Positions 26,958 through 40,147 of a DNA stretch of 64,000 nucleotides are shown one piece after another. Made by a program: the position numbers and the translations under genes. The stretch lies in the NCBI RefSeq assembly GCF_053078305.1, contig NZ_CP166879.1. The stretch is one strand, 5' to 3'. Within the stretch, counting starts at the first letter, position 1; each line of letters starts with the position of its first letter. The notes under the pieces were generated by a model. That model was not told where the DNA came from. It did no database searches and saw only the letters and a program-made list of their open reading frames with translations.

Positions 26958-27120
26958 CGGTGGTGACCTTACTATTTACGATCAAATAATTGCAGATGTA
27001 TGGAATCATATATCCCGAATTGACAGACTTAAAGGAATCATTGAGTCTACACTCGCAGAGTGTGAAGAGCGTCATAAGAACTTAAGCGGAATTTTTGCTG
27101 CCAGCCCAGGAGAGTGGAAG

Positions 27121-27978
27121 ATGTTGTACCTGACGAAAATACGCAATGCGGAAAGTGAATTTACCGAGAACGAGCAAAAAATTGCTGACTTTCTGCGGGC
27201 CAACGTGAGTGAGCTGAAATCCGTCTCTTCGCGCAAGATGGCGAAACAGCTCGGCATCAGCCAGTCGAGTATTGTGAAGTTTGCCCAGAAGCTCGGCGCA
27301 CAAGGATTTACTGAATTGCGTATGGCGTTAATAGGCGAATACAGTGCCAGCCGGGAGAAAACGAATGCCACGGCGCTGCACCTGCACAGTTCGATTACCA
27401 GTGATGATTCGCTGGAAGTGATCGCCCGTAAACTGAATCGCGAAAAAGAGCTGGCGCTGGAGCAAACCTGCGCGTTGTTTGACTTCGCGCGGCTGCAAAA
27501 AATCATTGAGGTCATCAGTAAAGCACCGTTTATCCAGATAACGGGCCTGGGCGGATCGGCGCTGGTGGGGCGCGATCTGTCGTTCAAACTGATGAAAATT
27601 GGATATCGCGTGGCCTGCGAAGCCGACACGCACGTACAAGCCACCGTTTCCCAGGCGTTGAAAAAAGGCGATGTACAAATCGCTATCTCTTACAGCGGCA
27701 GTAAAAAAGAGATTGTCTTGTGCGCAGAAGCGGCACGAAAGCAGGGGGCAACGGTGATTGCCATTACTTCTCTGGCTGACTCTCCGCTGCGGCGGCTGGC
27801 GCATTTCACGCTCGATACCGTTTCCGGTGAAACCGAATGGCGTAGCTCGTCGATGTCTACCCGCACGGCGCAAAATTCTGTTACCGATTTACTGTTTGTT
27901 GGTCTTGTGCAACTCAATGATGTGGAGTCATTGAAAATGATTCAGCGCAGCAGTGAGCTAACACAACGCCTGAAATGA
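27121..27978 (+). CDS. murR: RpiR-family transcriptional regulator MurR (HTH + SIS domain)
   Basis: In frame of ORF 26866..27978; start at ATG 27121 ([14 protein letters not shown]...), 285 aa; divergent from murQ. Confidence 0.9.
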   Translation: MLYLTKIRNAESEFTENEQKIADFLRANVSELKSVSSRKMAKQLGISQSSIVKFAQKLGAQGFTELRMALIGEYSASREKTNATALHLHSSITSDDSLEVIARKLNREKELALEQTCALFDFARLQKIIEVISKAPFIQITGLGGSALVGRDLSFKLMKIGYRVACEADTHVQATVSQALKKGDVQIAISYSGSKKEIVLCAEAARKQGATVIAITSLADSPLRRLAHFTLDTVSGETEWRSSSMSTRTAQNSVTDLLFVGLVQLNDVESLKMIQRSSELTQRLK

Positions 27979-28106
27979 TGCATAAAGCAGCGACTGGATT
28001 GAGATTTTCCTGAATTAGTGAGCTGATCCGCAGCAATATTTTGTTTATCCTGTATTTTCAGAGGGAATGGAGTGTAACGCTCTGTATTAACAAGGAGAGC
28101 ATTAAA

Positions 28107-28898
28107 ATGGGTAAACTCACGGGCAAGACAGCACTGATTACGGGCGCATTGCAGGGAATTGGCGAAGGAATTGCCAGAACTTTTGCGCGTCATGGCGCAA
28201 ACCTAATCTTGCTGGATATCTCCCCTGAGATCGAAAAGCTGGCGGACGAACTGTGTGGTCGTGGTCATCGCTGTACGGCGGTTGTCGCCGATGTGCGTGA
28301 CCCGGCGTCGGTAGCCGCAGCTATCAAACGCGCGAAGGAAAAAGAAGGGCGCATTGATATCCTGGTGAATAACGCAGGCGTTTGTCGTCTGGGCAGTTTC
28401 CTCGATATGAGCGATGACGATCGCGATTTCCATATTGATATCAATATTAAAGGCGTATGGAACGTCACGAAGGCGGTGCTGCCGGAGATGATTGCCCGCA
28501 AAGATGGTCGCATTGTGATGATGTCTTCAGTCACTGGCGATATGGTGGCCGATCCGGGTGAAACGGCGTATGCCTTAACGAAAGCGGCGATTGTTGGCCT
28601 GACTAAATCGCTGGCGGTGGAGTACGCGCAGTCTGGTATTCGCGTTAACGCCATCTGCCCGGGATACGTTCGCACGCCAATGGCGGAAAGCATTGCCCGC
28701 CAGTCGAATCCGGAAGATCCAGAGTCGGTGCTGACTGATATGGCAAAAGCAATCCCGCTGCGTCGCCTCGCCGATCCGCTGGAAGTCGGCGAACTGGCGG
28801 CCTTCCTCGCATCGGATGAATCCAGCTATTTAACCGGTACACAGAATGTGATTGATGGCGGCAGCACACTGCCGGAGACGGTCAGCGTCGGTATCTGA
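28107..28898 (+). CDS. ucpA: short-chain dehydrogenase/reductase UcpA
   Basis: In frame of ORF 28041..28898; start ATG 28107; 263 aa with TGALQGIG cofactor motif. Confidence 0.9.
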   Translation: MGKLTGKTALITGALQGIGEGIARTFARHGANLILLDISPEIEKLADELCGRGHRCTAVVADVRDPASVAAAIKRAKEKEGRIDILVNNAGVCRLGSFLDMSDDDRDFHIDINIKGVWNVTKAVLPEMIARKDGRIVMMSSVTGDMVADPGETAYALTKAAIVGLTKSLAVEYAQSGIRVNAICPGYVRTPMAESIARQSNPEDPESVLTDMAKAIPLRRLADPLEVGELAAFLASDESSYLTGTQNVIDGGSTLPETVSVGI

Positions 28899-28910
28899 TT
28901 CACCTCTGTT

Positions 28911-28945
28911 TCCTCCCTGCATGTGTGGGGAGGATTTCGTCTTAT
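28911..28945 (+). terminator. intrinsic terminator after ucpA
   Basis: TCCTCCC-loop-GGGGAGGA followed by U-rich tract. Confidence 0.5.
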
Positions 28946-29055
28946 TCCCTTTTCAACTTCCAAATCACCAAACGGTATATAAAACCGTTACTCCTTTCAC
29001 GTCCGTTATAAATATGATGGCTATTAGAAAGTCATTAAATTTATAAGGGTGCGCA

Positions 29056-30072
29056 ATGGCCGTTAACTTACTGAAAAAGAACTCACTCGCGCTGGTCGCT
29101 TCTCTGCTGCTGGCGGGCCATGTACAGGCAACGGAACTGCTGAACAGTTCTTATGACGTCTCCCGCGAGCTGTTTGCCGCCCTGAACCCGCCGTTTGAGC
29201 AACAATGGGCCAAAGATAACGGCGGCGACAAACTGACGATAAAACAATCTCATGCCGGGTCATCAAAACAGGCGCTGGCGATTTTGCAGGGCTTAAAAGC
29301 CGACGTTGTAACTTATAACCAGGTGACCGACGTACAAATCCTGCATGACAAAGGCAAGCTGATCCCGGCGGACTGGCAAACGCGCCTGCCGAATAATAGC
29401 TCGCCGTTCTACTCCACCATGGGCTTCCTGGTGCGTAAGGGTAACCCGAAGAATATCCACGACTGGAACGACCTGGTGCGCTCCGACGTGAAGCTGATTT
29501 TTCCGAACCCGAAAACGTCTGGTAACGCGCGTTACACCTACCTTGCGGCATGGGGCGCAGCGGACAAAGCTGACGGTGGCGACAAAGCCAAAACCGAACA
29601 GTTTATGACTCAGTTCCTGAAAAACGTTGAAGTGTTCGATACCGGCGGTCGTGGCGCGACCACCACCTTCGCCGAGCGCGGTCTGGGCGATGTATTGATC
29701 AGCTTCGAGTCGGAAGTGAACAACATCCGCAAACAGTACGAAGCGCAGGGCTTTGAAGTGGTGATTCCGAAAACCAACATTCTGGCGGAATTCCCGGTGG
29801 CGTGGGTCGATAAAAACGTGCAGGCCAACGGTACGGAAAAAGCCGCAAAAGCCTACCTGAACTGGCTCTACAGCCCGCAGGCGCAGACCATCATCACCGA
29901 CTATTACTACCGCGTAAATAACCCGGAAGTCACGGACAAACTGAAAGATAAATTCCCGCAGACCGAACTGTTCCGTGTGGAAGACAAATTTGGCTCCTGG
30001 CCGGAAGTGATGAAAACCCACTTCACCAGCGGCGGCGAGTTAGACAAGCTGTTAGCGGCGGGGCGTAACTGA
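29056..30072 (+). CDS. cysP: periplasmic thiosulfate-binding protein
   Basis: 338 aa with signal peptide. Confidence 0.97.
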   Translation: MAVNLLKKNSLALVASLLLAGHVQATELLNSSYDVSRELFAALNPPFEQQWAKDNGGDKLTIKQSHAGSSKQALAILQGLKADVVTYNQVTDVQILHDKGKLIPADWQTRLPNNSSPFYSTMGFLVRKGNPKNIHDWNDLVRSDVKLIFPNPKTSGNARYTYLAAWGAADKADGGDKAKTEQFMTQFLKNVEVFDTGGRGATTTFAERGLGDVLISFESEVNNIRKQYEAQGFEVVIPKTNILAEFPVAWVDKNVQANGTEKAAKAYLNWLYSPQAQTIITDYYYRVNNPEVTDKLKDKFPQTELFRVEDKFGSWPEVMKTHFTSGGELDKLLAAGRN

Positions 30073-30905
30073 TGTTTGCAGTTTCATCAAGACGCGTGCT
30101 GCCGGGCTTTACCTTAAGCCTCGGCACCAGTCTGCTGTTTGTTTGCCTGATTTTGCTCCTGCCACTCTCCGCGCTGGTGATGCAGCTGGCCCAGATGAGC
30201 TGGGCGCAGTACTGGGAGGTGATCACCAACCCGCAGGTGGTCGCAGCCTACAAAGTGACGCTGCTGTCGGCGTTTGTGGCATCGATTTTTAACGGCGTTT
30301 TCGGCCTGCTGATGGCGTGGATCTTAACTCGTTATCGCTTCCCTGGCTGCACGCTGCTTGATGCGCTGATGGATTTACCCTTTGCGCTGCCAACGGCAGT
30401 CGCCGGTTTAACGCTGGCCTCGCTCTTTTCCGTGAACGGTTTTTACGGTGAATGGCTGGCGAAGTTTGATATCAAAGTCACCTACACCTGGCTTGGGATT
30501 GCGGTGGCGATGGCCTTTACCAGCATTCCGTTTGTGGTACGTACCGTGCAGCCGGTGCTGGAAGAGTTAGGCCCGGAATATGAAGAGGCGGCAGAAACGC
30601 TTGGCGCAACGCGCTGGCAGAGTTTCTGCAAAGTGGTGCTGCCGGAGCTTTCTCCGGCGCTGGTGGCGGGCGTGGCGTTGTCGTTTACCCGTAGCCTCGG
30701 TGAGTTTGGCGCGGTGATTTTTATCGCCGGGAATATCGCGTGGAAGACGGAAGTGACGTCGCTGATGATTTTTGTGCGCTTGCAGGAGTTTGATTACCCG
30801 GCGGCGAGCGCGATTGCCTCGGTGATCCTCGCGGCATCTCTGCTGCTGCTGTTCTCAATTAACACTCTGCAAAGTCGCTTTGGTCGGCGTGTGGTAGGTC
30901 ATTAA
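30072..30905 (+). CDS. cysU: sulfate/thiosulfate ABC transporter permease
   Basis: 277 aa; start overlaps cysP stop. Confidence 0.95.
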   Translation: MFAVSSRRVLPGFTLSLGTSLLFVCLILLLPLSALVMQLAQMSWAQYWEVITNPQVVAAYKVTLLSAFVASIFNGVFGLLMAWILTRYRFPGCTLLDALMDLPFALPTAVAGLTLASLFSVNGFYGEWLAKFDIKVTYTWLGIAVAMAFTSIPFVVRTVQPVLEELGPEYEEAAETLGATRWQSFCKVVLPELSPALVAGVALSFTRSLGEFGAVIFIAGNIAWKTEVTSLMIFVRLQEFDYPAASAIASVILAASLLLLFSINTLQSRFGRRVVGH

Positions 30906-31780
30906 TGGCGGAAGTGACACAGTTGAAGCGTTATGACGCGCGCCCGATTAACTGGGGCAAATGGTTTCTGATTGGCACCGGGATGCTGGTTTCGGCGTTC
31001 ATCCTGCTGGTGCCGATGGTTTACATCTTCGTGCAGGCATTCAGCAAGGGGCTGATGCCGGTTTTACAGAATCTGGCCGATCCGGACATGCTGCACGCCA
31101 TCTGGCTGACGGTGATGATTGCGCTGATTGCCGTACCGGTAAACCTGGTGTTCGGCATTCTGCTGGCGTGGCTGGTGACGCGATTTAACTTTCCCGGACG
31201 CCAGTTACTGCTGACACTGCTGGATATTCCGTTTGCCGTATCGCCGGTGGTTGCCGGTCTGGTGTATCTGCTGTTCTACGGCTCCAACGGCCCGCTGGGT
31301 GGCTGGCTGGATGAACATAATCTGCAAATTATGTTCTCCTGGCCGGGGATGGTGCTGGTCACCATCTTCGTGACGTGTCCGTTTGTGGTGCGCGAACTGG
31401 TGCCGGTGATGTTAAGCCAGGGCAGCCAGGAAGACGAAGCGGCGATTTTGCTTGGCGCGTCTGGCTGGCAGATGTTCCGCCGCGTCACATTGCCGAACAT
31501 CCGCTGGGCGCTGCTGTATGGCGTAGTGCTGACCAACGCCCGCGCGATTGGCGAGTTTGGCGCGGTGTCGGTGGTTTCCGGCTCGATTCGTGGCGAAACA
31601 CTTTCGCTGCCGTTACAGATTGAATTGCTGGAGCAGGACTACAACACCGTCGGCTCCTTTACCGCCGCCGCGCTGTTGACGCTGATGGCGATTATCACCC
31701 TGTTTTTAAAGAGTATGTTGCAGTGGCGCCTGGAAAATCAGGAAAAACGCGCGCAGCAGGAGGAACATCATGAGCATTGA
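30905..31780 (+). CDS. cysW: sulfate/thiosulfate ABC transporter permease
   Basis: 291 aa; start overlaps cysU stop. Confidence 0.95.
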   Translation: MAEVTQLKRYDARPINWGKWFLIGTGMLVSAFILLVPMVYIFVQAFSKGLMPVLQNLADPDMLHAIWLTVMIALIAVPVNLVFGILLAWLVTRFNFPGRQLLLTLLDIPFAVSPVVAGLVYLLFYGSNGPLGGWLDEHNLQIMFSWPGMVLVTIFVTCPFVVRELVPVMLSQGSQEDEAAILLGASGWQMFRRVTLPNIRWALLYGVVLTNARAIGEFGAVSVVSGSIRGETLSLPLQIELLEQDYNTVGSFTAAALLTLMAIITLFLKSMLQWRLENQEKRAQQEEHHEH

Positions 31781-32867
31781 GATTGCCAATATTAAGAAGT
31801 CGTTTGGTCGCACCCAGGTGCTGAACGATATCTCACTGGATATTCCTTCTGGTCAGATGGTCGCGTTGCTGGGGCCGTCTGGTTCCGGGAAAACCACGCT
31901 GCTGCGCATTATTGCCGGGCTGGAGCATCAAACCAGCGGGCATATTCGCTTCCACGGCACCGACGTCAGCCGTCTGCACGCACGCGATCGCAAGGTCGGT
32001 TTCGTGTTCCAGCATTACGCGCTGTTCCGCCATATGACGGTATTCGACAATATCGCTTTTGGCCTGACGGTGCTGCCGCGTCGCGAGCGCCCGAATGCCG
32101 CGGCGATCAAAGCGAAAGTGACAAAATTGCTGGAGATGGTGCAGCTTGCTCATCTGGCGGATCGTTATCCGGCGCAGCTTTCCGGCGGCCAGAAACAGCG
32201 TGTGGCGCTGGCGCGTGCGCTGGCTGTGGAACCGCAAATTCTGCTGCTTGATGAACCGTTTGGCGCGCTGGATGCGCAGGTGCGTAAAGAGCTGCGTCGC
32301 TGGCTGCGTCAACTGCATGAAGAGCTGAAATTCACCAGCGTATTCGTGACCCACGACCAGGAAGAAGCGACCGAAGTAGCTGATCGTGTAGTGGTGATGA
32401 GCCAGGGCAATATTGAACAGGCTGACGCGCCGGATCAGGTATGGCGCGAACCGGCGACCCGTTTTGTGCTCGAATTTATGGGCGAAGTGAACCGCCTGCA
32501 GGGAACCATTCGCGGCGGGCAGTTCCATGTTGGCGCACATCGCTGGCCGCTGGGCTACACACCTGCGTATCAGGGGCCGGTGGATCTCTTTCTGCGCCCT
32601 TGGGAAGTGGATATCAGCCGCCGTACCAGCCTCGATTCGCCGCTGCCGGTACAGGTACTGGAAGCCAGCCCGAAAGGTCACTACACCCAATTAGTGGTGC
32701 AGCCGCTGGGGTGGTACAACGAACCGCTGACGGTCGTGATGCATGGCGACGATGCCCCGCAGCGTGGCGAGCGTTTATTCGTTGGTCTGCAACATGCGCG
32801 GCTGTATAACGGCGACGAGCGTATCGAAACCCGAGATGAGGAACTTGCTCTCGCACAAAGCGCCTGA
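31770..32867 (+). CDS. cysA: sulfate/thiosulfate ABC transporter ATP-binding protein
   Basis: 365 aa; Walker [10 protein letters not shown]; overlaps cysW 3' end by 11 nt. Confidence 0.97.
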   Translation: MSIEIANIKKSFGRTQVLNDISLDIPSGQMVALLGPSGSGKTTLLRIIAGLEHQTSGHIRFHGTDVSRLHARDRKVGFVFQHYALFRHMTVFDNIAFGLTVLPRRERPNAAAIKAKVTKLLEMVQLAHLADRYPAQLSGGQKQRVALARALAVEPQILLLDEPFGALDAQVRKELRRWLRQLHEELKFTSVFVTHDQEEATEVADRVVVMSQGNIEQADAPDQVWREPATRFVLEFMGEVNRLQGTIRGGQFHVGAHRWPLGYTPAYQGPVDLFLRPWEVDISRRTSLDSPLPVQVLEASPKGHYTQLVVQPLGWYNEPLTVVMHGDDAPQRGERLFVGLQHARLYNGDERIETRDEELALAQSA

Positions 32868-32887
32868 TAGGTTGAGTGAATGTTAAC

Positions 32888-32920
32888 GCCCGGAGGCGCT
32901 TCCCGCGATCCGGGCTTTTT
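32888..32920 (+). terminator. intrinsic terminator after cysA
   Basis: GCCCGGA-loop-TCCGGGC followed by TTTTT. Confidence 0.6.
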
Positions 32921-32927
32921 AATGGTG

Positions 32928-32962
32928 TAGGCCTGATAAGACGCGCAAGCGTCGCATCAGGC
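32928..32962. repeat. REP element between cysA and cysM
   Basis: GTAGGCCTGATAAGACGCGCAAGCGTCGCATCAGGC. Confidence 0.85.
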
Positions 32963-32985
32963 AACACCACGTATGGATAGAGATC

Positions 32986-33897
32986 GTGAGTACATTAGAA
33001 CAAACAATAGGCAATACGCCTCTGGTGAAGTTGCAGCGAATGGGGCCGAATAACGGCAGTGAAGTGTGGTTAAAACTGGAAGGCAATAACCCGGCAGGTT
33101 CGGTAAAAGATCGTGCGGCGCTTTCGATGATCGTCGAGGCGGAAAAGCGCGGGGAAATTAAACCGGGTGATGTGTTAATCGAAGCCACCAGTGGTAACAC
33201 CGGCATTGCGCTGGCAATGATTGCCGCGCTTAAAGGCTATCGCATGAAATTGCTGATGCCCGACAACATGAGCCAGGAACGCCGTGCGGCGATGCGTGCT
33301 TATGGTGCGGAACTGATTCTTGTCACCAAAGAGCAGGGCATGGAAGGTGCGCGCGATTTGGCGCTGGAGATGGCGAATCGTGGTGAAGGAAAGCTGCTCG
33401 ATCAGTTCAACAATCCCGATAACCCTTACGCCCATTACACCACTACCGGGCCGGAAATCTGGCAGCAGACTGGCGGGCGCATTACCCATTTTGTCTCCAG
33501 CATGGGAACAACCGGCACTATCACCGGCGTGTCACGCTTTATGCGCGAACAATCCAAACCGGTGACCATTGTCGGCCTGCAACCGGAAGAGGGCAGCAGC
33601 ATTCCCGGCATTCGCCGCTGGCCTACGGAATATCTGCCGGGGATTTTCAACGCTTCTCTGGTGGATGAGGTGCTGGATATTCATCAGCGCGATGCGGAAA
33701 ACACCATGCGCGAACTGGCGGTGCGGGAAGGAATATTCTGTGGCGTCAGCTCCGGCGGCGCGGTTGCCGGAGCACTGCGGGTGGCAAAAGCTAACCCTGG
33801 TGCGGTGGTGGTAGCGATCATCTGCGATCGTGGCGATCGCTACCTTTCCACCGGGGTGTTTGGGGAAGAGCATTTTAGTCAGGGGGCGGGGATTTAA
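32986..33897 (+). CDS. cysM: cysteine synthase B (O-acetylserine sulfhydrylase B)
   Basis: 303 aa PLP enzyme. Confidence 0.97.
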   Translation: MSTLEQTIGNTPLVKLQRMGPNNGSEVWLKLEGNNPAGSVKDRAALSMIVEAEKRGEIKPGDVLIEATSGNTGIALAMIAALKGYRMKLLMPDNMSQERRAAMRAYGAELILVTKEQGMEGARDLALEMANRGEGKLLDQFNNPDNPYAHYTTTGPEIWQQTGGRITHFVSSMGTTGTITGVSRFMREQSKPVTIVGLQPEEGSSIPGIRRWPTEYLPGIFNASLVDEVLDIHQRDAENTMRELAVREGIFCGVSSGGAVAGALRVAKANPGAVVVAIICDRGDRYLSTGVFGEEHFSQGAGI

Positions 33898-33899
33898 GA

Positions 33900-34359
<460 letters not shown>

Positions 34360-34372
34360 GAGAAAAAATTAA

Positions 34373-35224
34373 ATGAGTAGTTTGTTGTTGTTTAACGATA
34401 AGAGCAGGGCACTGCAGGCGGATATCGTCGCCGTGCAGTCGCAGGTAGTGTACGGCAGCGTAGGCAACAGCATTGCCGTGCCTGCTATCAAACAGAACGG
34501 CCTGAATGTCTTTGCCGTGCCGACGGTATTGCTGAGCAATACGCCGCATTATGACACTTTCTACGGTGGTGCGATTCCGGACGAATGGTTTAGCGGCTAT
34601 TTGCGTGCGCTTCAGGAGCGTGATGCGCTGCGCCAACTTCGAGCTGTAACCACGGGCTATATGGGAACGGCATCGCAAATCAAAATCCTTGCCGAGTGGC
34701 TGACTGCGCTACGCAAAGACCATCCTGACCTATTGATCATGGTCGATCCGGTGATTGGCGATATTGATAGCGGAATTTATGTCAAACCTGACCTTCCCGA
34801 GGCGTATCGACAATATTTACTGCCGCTGGCGCAGGGAATTACCCCCAATATCTTTGAGCTGGAAATCCTGACCGGTAAAAATTGCCGCGATCTCGACAGT
34901 GCCATTGCTGCCGCAAAAAGTCTGCTTTCAGACACATTAAAATGGGTGGTGATTACCAGCGCCTCCGGTAATGAAGAAAATCAGGAGATGCAGGTGGCGG
35001 TGGTCAGTGCCGACAGCGTGAATGTCATTTCCCATTCAAGGGTAAAAACCGACCTGAAAGGGACTGGCGACCTGTTTTGTGCTCAGCTTATCAGTGGTTT
35101 GCTGAAAGGGAAGGCATTAAACGATGCGGTGCACCGCGCGGGGTTGCGCGTACTGGAAGTGATGCGCTACACCCAGCAGCATGAGAGCGATGAATTGATT
35201 TTGCCGCCGCTGGCGGAAGCATAA
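34373..35224 (+). CDS. pdxK: pyridoxal/pyridoxine/pyridoxamine kinase
   Basis: 283 aa. Confidence 0.95.
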   Translation: MSSLLLFNDKSRALQADIVAVQSQVVYGSVGNSIAVPAIKQNGLNVFAVPTVLLSNTPHYDTFYGGAIPDEWFSGYLRALQERDALRQLRAVTTGYMGTASQIKILAEWLTALRKDHPDLLIMVDPVIGDIDSGIYVKPDLPEAYRQYLLPLAQGITPNIFELEILTGKNCRDLDSAIAAAKSLLSDTLKWVVITSASGNEENQEMQVAVVSADSVNVISHSRVKTDLKGTGDLFCAQLISGLLKGKALNDAVHRAGLRVLEVMRYTQQHESDELILPPLAEA

Positions 35225-35252
35225 AAAAATGGCGCCGATGGGCGCCATTTTT
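35224..35252. terminator. bidirectional intrinsic terminator between convergent pdxK and crr
   Basis: AAAAAAATGGCGCC-GATG-GGCGCCATTTTT. Confidence 0.8.
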
Positions 35253-35266
35253 CACTGCGGCAAGAA

Positions 35267-35776
35267 TTATTTCTTGATGCGGATAACCGGGGTTTCACCC
35301 ACAGTCACGCTACCGGACAGTTTGATCAGTTCTTTGATTTCGTCCATGTTGGAGATAACAACCGGAGTCAGGGTAGACTTGGCTTTCTCTTCCAGCAGCG
35401 GCAGATCAAATTCAATGACAGTATCGCCAACTTTCACGCGCTGACCTTCTTCAGCAATACGCTTGAAGCCTTCGCCTTTCAGTTCAACGGTGTCGATACC
35501 GAAGTGGACGAACAGTTCAACGCCGCTATCAGATTCGATAGAGAATGCGTGGTTGGTTTCAAAGATTTTACCAATGGTGCCGTCTACAGGCGCGACCATT
35601 TTGTTACCCGTTGGTTTGATAGCAATACCATCACCAACGATTTTTTCCGCAAAAACGACATCCGGCACGTCTTCGATATTGACGATCTCGCCAGAGAGCG
35701 GAGCAATGATCTCAATAGTTCCGGTATCCTTCTTGTCGTCGGAAACCAGAGATTTCAGTTTATCGAACAAACCCAT
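35267..35776 (-). CDS. crr: PTS glucose-specific EIIA (EIIA-Glc)
   Basis: 169 aa [32 protein letters not shown]. Confidence 0.98.
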
Positions 35777-35816
35777 GATCTTCTCCTAAGCAGTAAATTG
35801 GGCCGCATCTCGTGGA

Positions 35817-37544
35817 TTAGCAGATTGTTTTTTCTTCAATGAACTTGTTAACCAGCGTCATTAACTCGTCCGTTGTCGGTTGAGCAAGAGCCTGCTCTGC
35901 TAACACCTTCGCATCTTCGAAGTTCGTGTTACGGATAATCTTCTTAATGCGCGGGATAGAAATGGCGCTCATAGAGAATTCGTCCAGACCCATCCCCAGC
36001 AACAGAAGTGTAGCACGTTCATCGCCAGCAAGCTCACCACACATGCCAGTCCATTTGCCTTCAGCATGAGAAGCATCAATAACTTGCTTGATCAAGTTCA
36101 GCACGGACGGTGACATTGGCTGGTAAAGGTGTGAAATCATATCATTACCACGGTCAACTGCCAGAGTGTACTGCGTTAAATCATTGGTGCCGATACTAAA
36201 GAAATCAACTTCTTTGGCTAAATGACGTGCAATTGTTGCGGCAGCCGGTGTTTCCACCATTACGCCGATTTCAATTGACTCGTCAAACGCTTTACCTTCG
36301 TCGCGCAGTTCCTGTTTGTAAATTTCGATCTCTTTGCGCAGTGCACGCACTTCTTCAACAGAGATGATCATCGGGAACATAATGCGCAATTTACCGAAAG
36401 CCGAGGCACGCAGGATAGCGCGGAGCTGATCGCGCAGGATCTCTTTACGATCCATCGCGATACGGATAGCGCGCCAGCCGAGGAACGGGTTCTCTTCTTT
36501 CGGGAAGTTCATGTATGGCAGCTCTTTGTCGCCGCCGATGTCCATGGTACGAACGATAACCGCCTGCGAGCCACACGCTTCAGCCACTGCTTTGTAAGCA
36601 GCAAACTGTTCTTCTTCAGTGGGCAGCGCGTCGCGGTCCATGAACAGGAACTCAGTACGATACAGACCAACGCCTTCAGCGCCGTTACGCTCTGCACCTT
36701 CAACGTCACGAACCGTACCAATGTTAGCGCATACTTCTACCTGGTGACCGTCCAGCGTAATAGCTGGCAGATCTTTCAGTTTAGCAAGCTCTGCTTTTTC
36801 AGAAGCCACTTGCTCCTGAACAGCGCGCATTTTATCAATAACTTCGTTGGTTGGATTGACGTAAACCTGATTATTTACGGCATCCAGAATCAGATAGTCG
36901 TCATTTTTCACCTGAGAGGTGACGCTACCGGTACCCACGATAGCAGGCAGTTCCAGAGAACGCGCCATGATAGAGGTGTGGGAAGTACGGCCACCCGCGT
37001 CGGTGATGAAACCCAGCACCTTCTTCAGGTTCAGCTGTGCGGTTTCGGACGGCGTCAGGTCAGCGGCAACCAGAATGACTTCATCCTGAATGGCGCTCAG
37101 GTCGATAATCTTCAGGCCCAGGATGTTGCGCAGCAGGCGCTTACCGATATCACGTACGTCAGCCGCACGTTCTTTCAGGTATTCATCATCCAGCTCTTCC
37201 AGGGCAGAAGCCTGACCTTCGATAACTTCATGAGCAGCTGCGTCAGCAGTCATGTGTTTATCTTTAATCAGGGCTATGATTTCCTGCTCCAGCTCCTCAT
37301 CTTCGAGCAGCATAATATGCCCTTCAAAGATGGCTTCTTTTTCTTCACCGAACGTTTCACCAGCTTTCGTTTTGATCGTTTCCAGCTGGGCTGATGCCTT
37401 GGCACGACCGCTCAGAAAACGTTCAACTTCCTGATCAACCTGGTCGGCAGAAATTTTTTTCCGGTCAATGACAATTTCGTCTTCTTTCAGAAGCAGAGCT
37501 TTACCGAAAGCGATACCCGGGGATGCTAAAATGCCTGAAATCAT
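35817..37544 (-). CDS. ptsI: PTS enzyme I
   Basis: 575 aa [19 protein letters not shown]. Confidence 0.98.
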   Translation of the reverse strand: MISGILASPGIAFGKALLLKEDEIVIDRKKISADQVDQEVERFLSGRAKASAQLETIKTKAGETFGEEKEAIFEGHIMLLEDEELEQEIIALIKDKHMTADAAAHEVIEGQASALEELDDEYLKERAADVRDIGKRLLRNILGLKIIDLSAIQDEVILVAADLTPSETAQLNLKKVLGFITDAGGRTSHTSIMARSLELPAIVGTGSVTSQVKNDDYLILDAVNNQVYVNPTNEVIDKMRAVQEQVASEKAELAKLKDLPAITLDGHQVEVCANIGTVRDVEGAERNGAEGVGLYRTEFLFMDRDALPTEEEQFAAYKAVAEACGSQAVIVRTMDIGGDKELPYMNFPKEENPFLGWRAIRIAMDRKEILRDQLRAILRASAFGKLRIMFPMIISVEEVRALRKEIEIYKQELRDEGKAFDESIEIGVMVETPAAATIARHLAKEVDFFSIGTNDLTQYTLAVDRGNDMISHLYQPMSPSVLNLIKQVIDASHAEGKWTGMCGELAGDERATLLLLGMGLDEFSMSAISIPRIKKIIRNTNFEDAKVLAEQALAQPTTDELMTLVNKFIEEKTIC

Positions 37545-37588
37545 AACCCTACCTTACTTGTGACTGATTTTTAAAAGAACCCGGGAAA

Positions 37589-37846
37589 TTACTCGAGTTC
37601 CGCCATCAGTTTAACCAGATGTTCAACCGCTTTCTGCTCGTCTTCGCCTTCTGCGGAGATAGTCACAACGGTACCTTGAGTCAGGCCCAGAGTCTGCAGT
37701 TTAAACAGGCTTTTCGCGCTGGCGCTTTTGCCGTTGGAAGTCACAGTAATTTCAGAAGTGAAGCCCTTAGCTTCTTTTACAAACTGGGCAGCAGGGCGGG
37801 TGTGCAGACCGTTCGGAGCGGTAATGGTAACTTCTTGCTGGAACAT
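37589..37846 (-). CDS. ptsH: phosphocarrier protein HPr
   Basis: 85 aa [22 protein letters not shown]. Confidence 0.98.
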
Positions 37847-38083
37847 TGTATTTCCCCAACTTATAGGTTTAGTGTTGTGGAACTAAAGTCTAGCCTGGCG
37901 GTTCGACTTTAGCCTGTATTGTTAGCGCCAGTTTTTAACAGACGCGACGCACGAAGAGCGCAATACAGTCCATTGCTGGCGGGTGTTGACCGCTGACGTT
38001 TCGTACGTCATTAAACATTATGCCGCTAAAGGAAGAATTGAACCAAATCATAAAATCGATTCAGCTTTGGCTTTTCCTGTAAC

Positions 38084-38107
38084 GATTAATTTCGCGCATC
38101 AAAATAA
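38084..38107 (-). promoter_or_regulatory. Mlc operator in the ptsH upstream (P0) region
   Basis: Minus-strand sequence TTATTTTGATGCGCGAAATTAATC matches the Mlc/NagC-type operator recalled for ptsHI P0. Confidence 0.55.
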
Positions 38108-38179
38108 TTAGTCTGGTTAAATACCAGTTCCGACAGGCTGAATCAATGCCAGGAGGGGCGAAAGTTTGAAGCAGGCCAC

Positions 38180-38207
38180 AAAAAAGCACCTAAAAAGGTG
38201 CTTTTTT
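38180..38207. terminator. intrinsic terminator downstream of cysK (bidirectional form)
   Basis: AAAAAAGCACC-TAAAAA-GGTGCTTTTTT. Confidence 0.8.
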
Positions 38208-38229
38208 ACGCATTTTTAACAAGCTGGCA

Positions 38230-39201
38230 TTACTGTTGCAATTCTTTCTCCGTGAAGAGATCGGCAAACAATGCGGTGCTTAAATAACGCTCACCCGATG
38301 ACGGTAGAATAACCACAATATTCTTGTTGGTAAAGCTTTCATCTTCTTGTAGTTTCAACGCCGCAGCAACAGCTGCTCCAGAAGAGATACCTGCAAGAAT
38401 ACCTTCTTCTTCCATCAGACGACGCGCGGTAGAAATCGCTTCTTCATTGGTTATGCCAATGACTTTATCGACCAGCTTGAGATCGAGGTTAGCCGGGATA
38501 AAACCAGCGCCAATACCCTGAATTTTATGCGGGCCAGGTTTAATCTCTTCACCTGCCAGCGCCTGGGCGATAACTGGAGAATCGGTTGGCTCAACGGCGA
38601 CAGAGATAAGATCGGTCTTACCTTTGGTGCCTTTAATGTAGCGGCTGACGCCAGTCAGCGTACCGCCAGTCCCAACGCCAGCAATAAATACATCAACCTG
38701 ACCGTCGGTATCTTCCCAGATCTCCGGACCGGTGGTTTTTTCGTGAATTTCAGGGTTTGCCGGATTGCTGAATTGTTGCAGCAGCAGGTATTTCTCTGGA
38801 TTGCTGGCGACAATTTCTTCTGCTTTTTGGATTGCGCCTTTCATGCCTTTAGCACCTTCGGTCAGCACCAGGTTTGCACCTAACGCTTTCAGCAGCTTGC
38901 GGCGTTCAATACTCATGGTTTCTGGCATGGTCAGGGTGAGTTTGTAACCGCGAGCGGCAGCGACATAGGCCAGTGCAATCCCGGTATTACCGCTGGTTGG
39001 TTCAACCAGTTCAACGCCTGGTTTCAGCACGCCGCGCTTTTCGGCATCCCAAATCATGTTGGCACCGATACGGCACTTAACGCTGAAGCTGGGGTTACGA
39101 GATTCCACCTTCGCCAGAATGCGTCCGTTACCGATGCGATTCAGGCGAACCAGCGGCGTGTGACCGATAGTCAGCGAGTTATCTTCAAAAATCTTACTCA
39201 T
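38230..39201 (-). CDS. cysK: cysteine synthase A (O-acetylserine sulfhydrylase A)
   Basis: 323 aa [26 protein letters not shown]. Confidence 0.98.
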   Translation of the reverse strand: MSKIFEDNSLTIGHTPLVRLNRIGNGRILAKVESRNPSFSVKCRIGANMIWDAEKRGVLKPGVELVEPTSGNTGIALAYVAAARGYKLTLTMPETMSIERRKLLKALGANLVLTEGAKGMKGAIQKAEEIVASNPEKYLLLQQFSNPANPEIHEKTTGPEIWEDTDGQVDVFIAGVGTGGTLTGVSRYIKGTKGKTDLISVAVEPTDSPVIAQALAGEEIKPGPHKIQGIGAGFIPANLDLKLVDKVIGITNEEAISTARRLMEEEGILAGISSGAAVAAALKLQEDESFTNKNIVVILPSSGERYLSTALFADLFTEKELQQ

Positions 39202-39385
39202 GGCCTGTCCTTAACTGTATGAAATTGGGATACAACAGGTAGCATACCCGCTCAGAGAATATGCGGAAGTAAGGATTTAGCATATCTATATACAGAAGGG
39301 AAATAATGACATGAAAGATGGAATAAGGGGCGGCATAAGCCACCCCTGTTTCACACAAACGGTTTACAAAATAACCGGTAGATTG

Positions 39386-40147
39386 TTACCGCCACATCGC
39401 GTGTTTATCGCGATAGCAATCGACCCACATCGCCGTCGCGCCACAAACGGCAACGGGCATGATGAACAGATTAAGCAGCGGGATCATCGTAAACAGGCTG
39501 GTTAAAGCACCAAACTGCATATTGGTGATTTTGCGTGTGCGCAGGGCGGTGCGCATCTCTTTAAACGGCACTTTGTGGTTATCGAAGGGGTAATCGCAAT
39601 ACTGGATGGCTAACATCCAGGCGCTAAACAGGAACCACAGTACCGGCGCGACGGTTTGCCCAATACCAGGGATGAAGTAAAGAATTAGTAATACAATTGC
39701 GCGCGGCAGATACCAGGCAAATTTTTGCCATTCGCGTTTCATGATTCGCGGCACATCTTTCATGATACCGAAAATCCCGGTATCTGGCGGTGTAGCGCCA
39801 GTCAATCGTGCTTCCAGTTGTTCAGCCAATAAACCGTTAAACGGAGCGGCAATCCAGTTAGCAATCGTGGAGAAGAAATAGCCAAACACTAACAGCACAG
39901 AGATGACAGCCAGAGGCCACAACAGATAGCTCAGCCATTGTAACCAGTCCGGAACATAACTCATGAGAGTCGGGATCCAGACATCGAGTTGCGTAAAGAG
40001 CCACCAGAATGCGCCCCCCATCAACAAAATATTGACCAGCAGCGGTAAAATAACGAAACGCCGAATCCCAGGTTGCGAGACGAGCTTCCAGCCTTGCGCA
40101 AAATAGTAAAAACCGCTGCGTGGGGCAGATGTGAATGATGAAACCAT
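39386..40147 (-). CDS. cysZ: sulfate transporter CysZ
   Basis: 253 aa membrane protein. Confidence 0.95.

Noticed and set aside
28852-29046. 64-aa ORF in the ucpA-cysP intergenic region
   Set aside because: It has no Shine-Dalgarno, overlaps the ucpA terminator hairpin and the likely cysP promoter region, and has no recognisable features.
31833-32690. 285-aa ORF antisense to cysA
   Set aside because: Antisense to a clear ABC ATPase gene, with no independent support.
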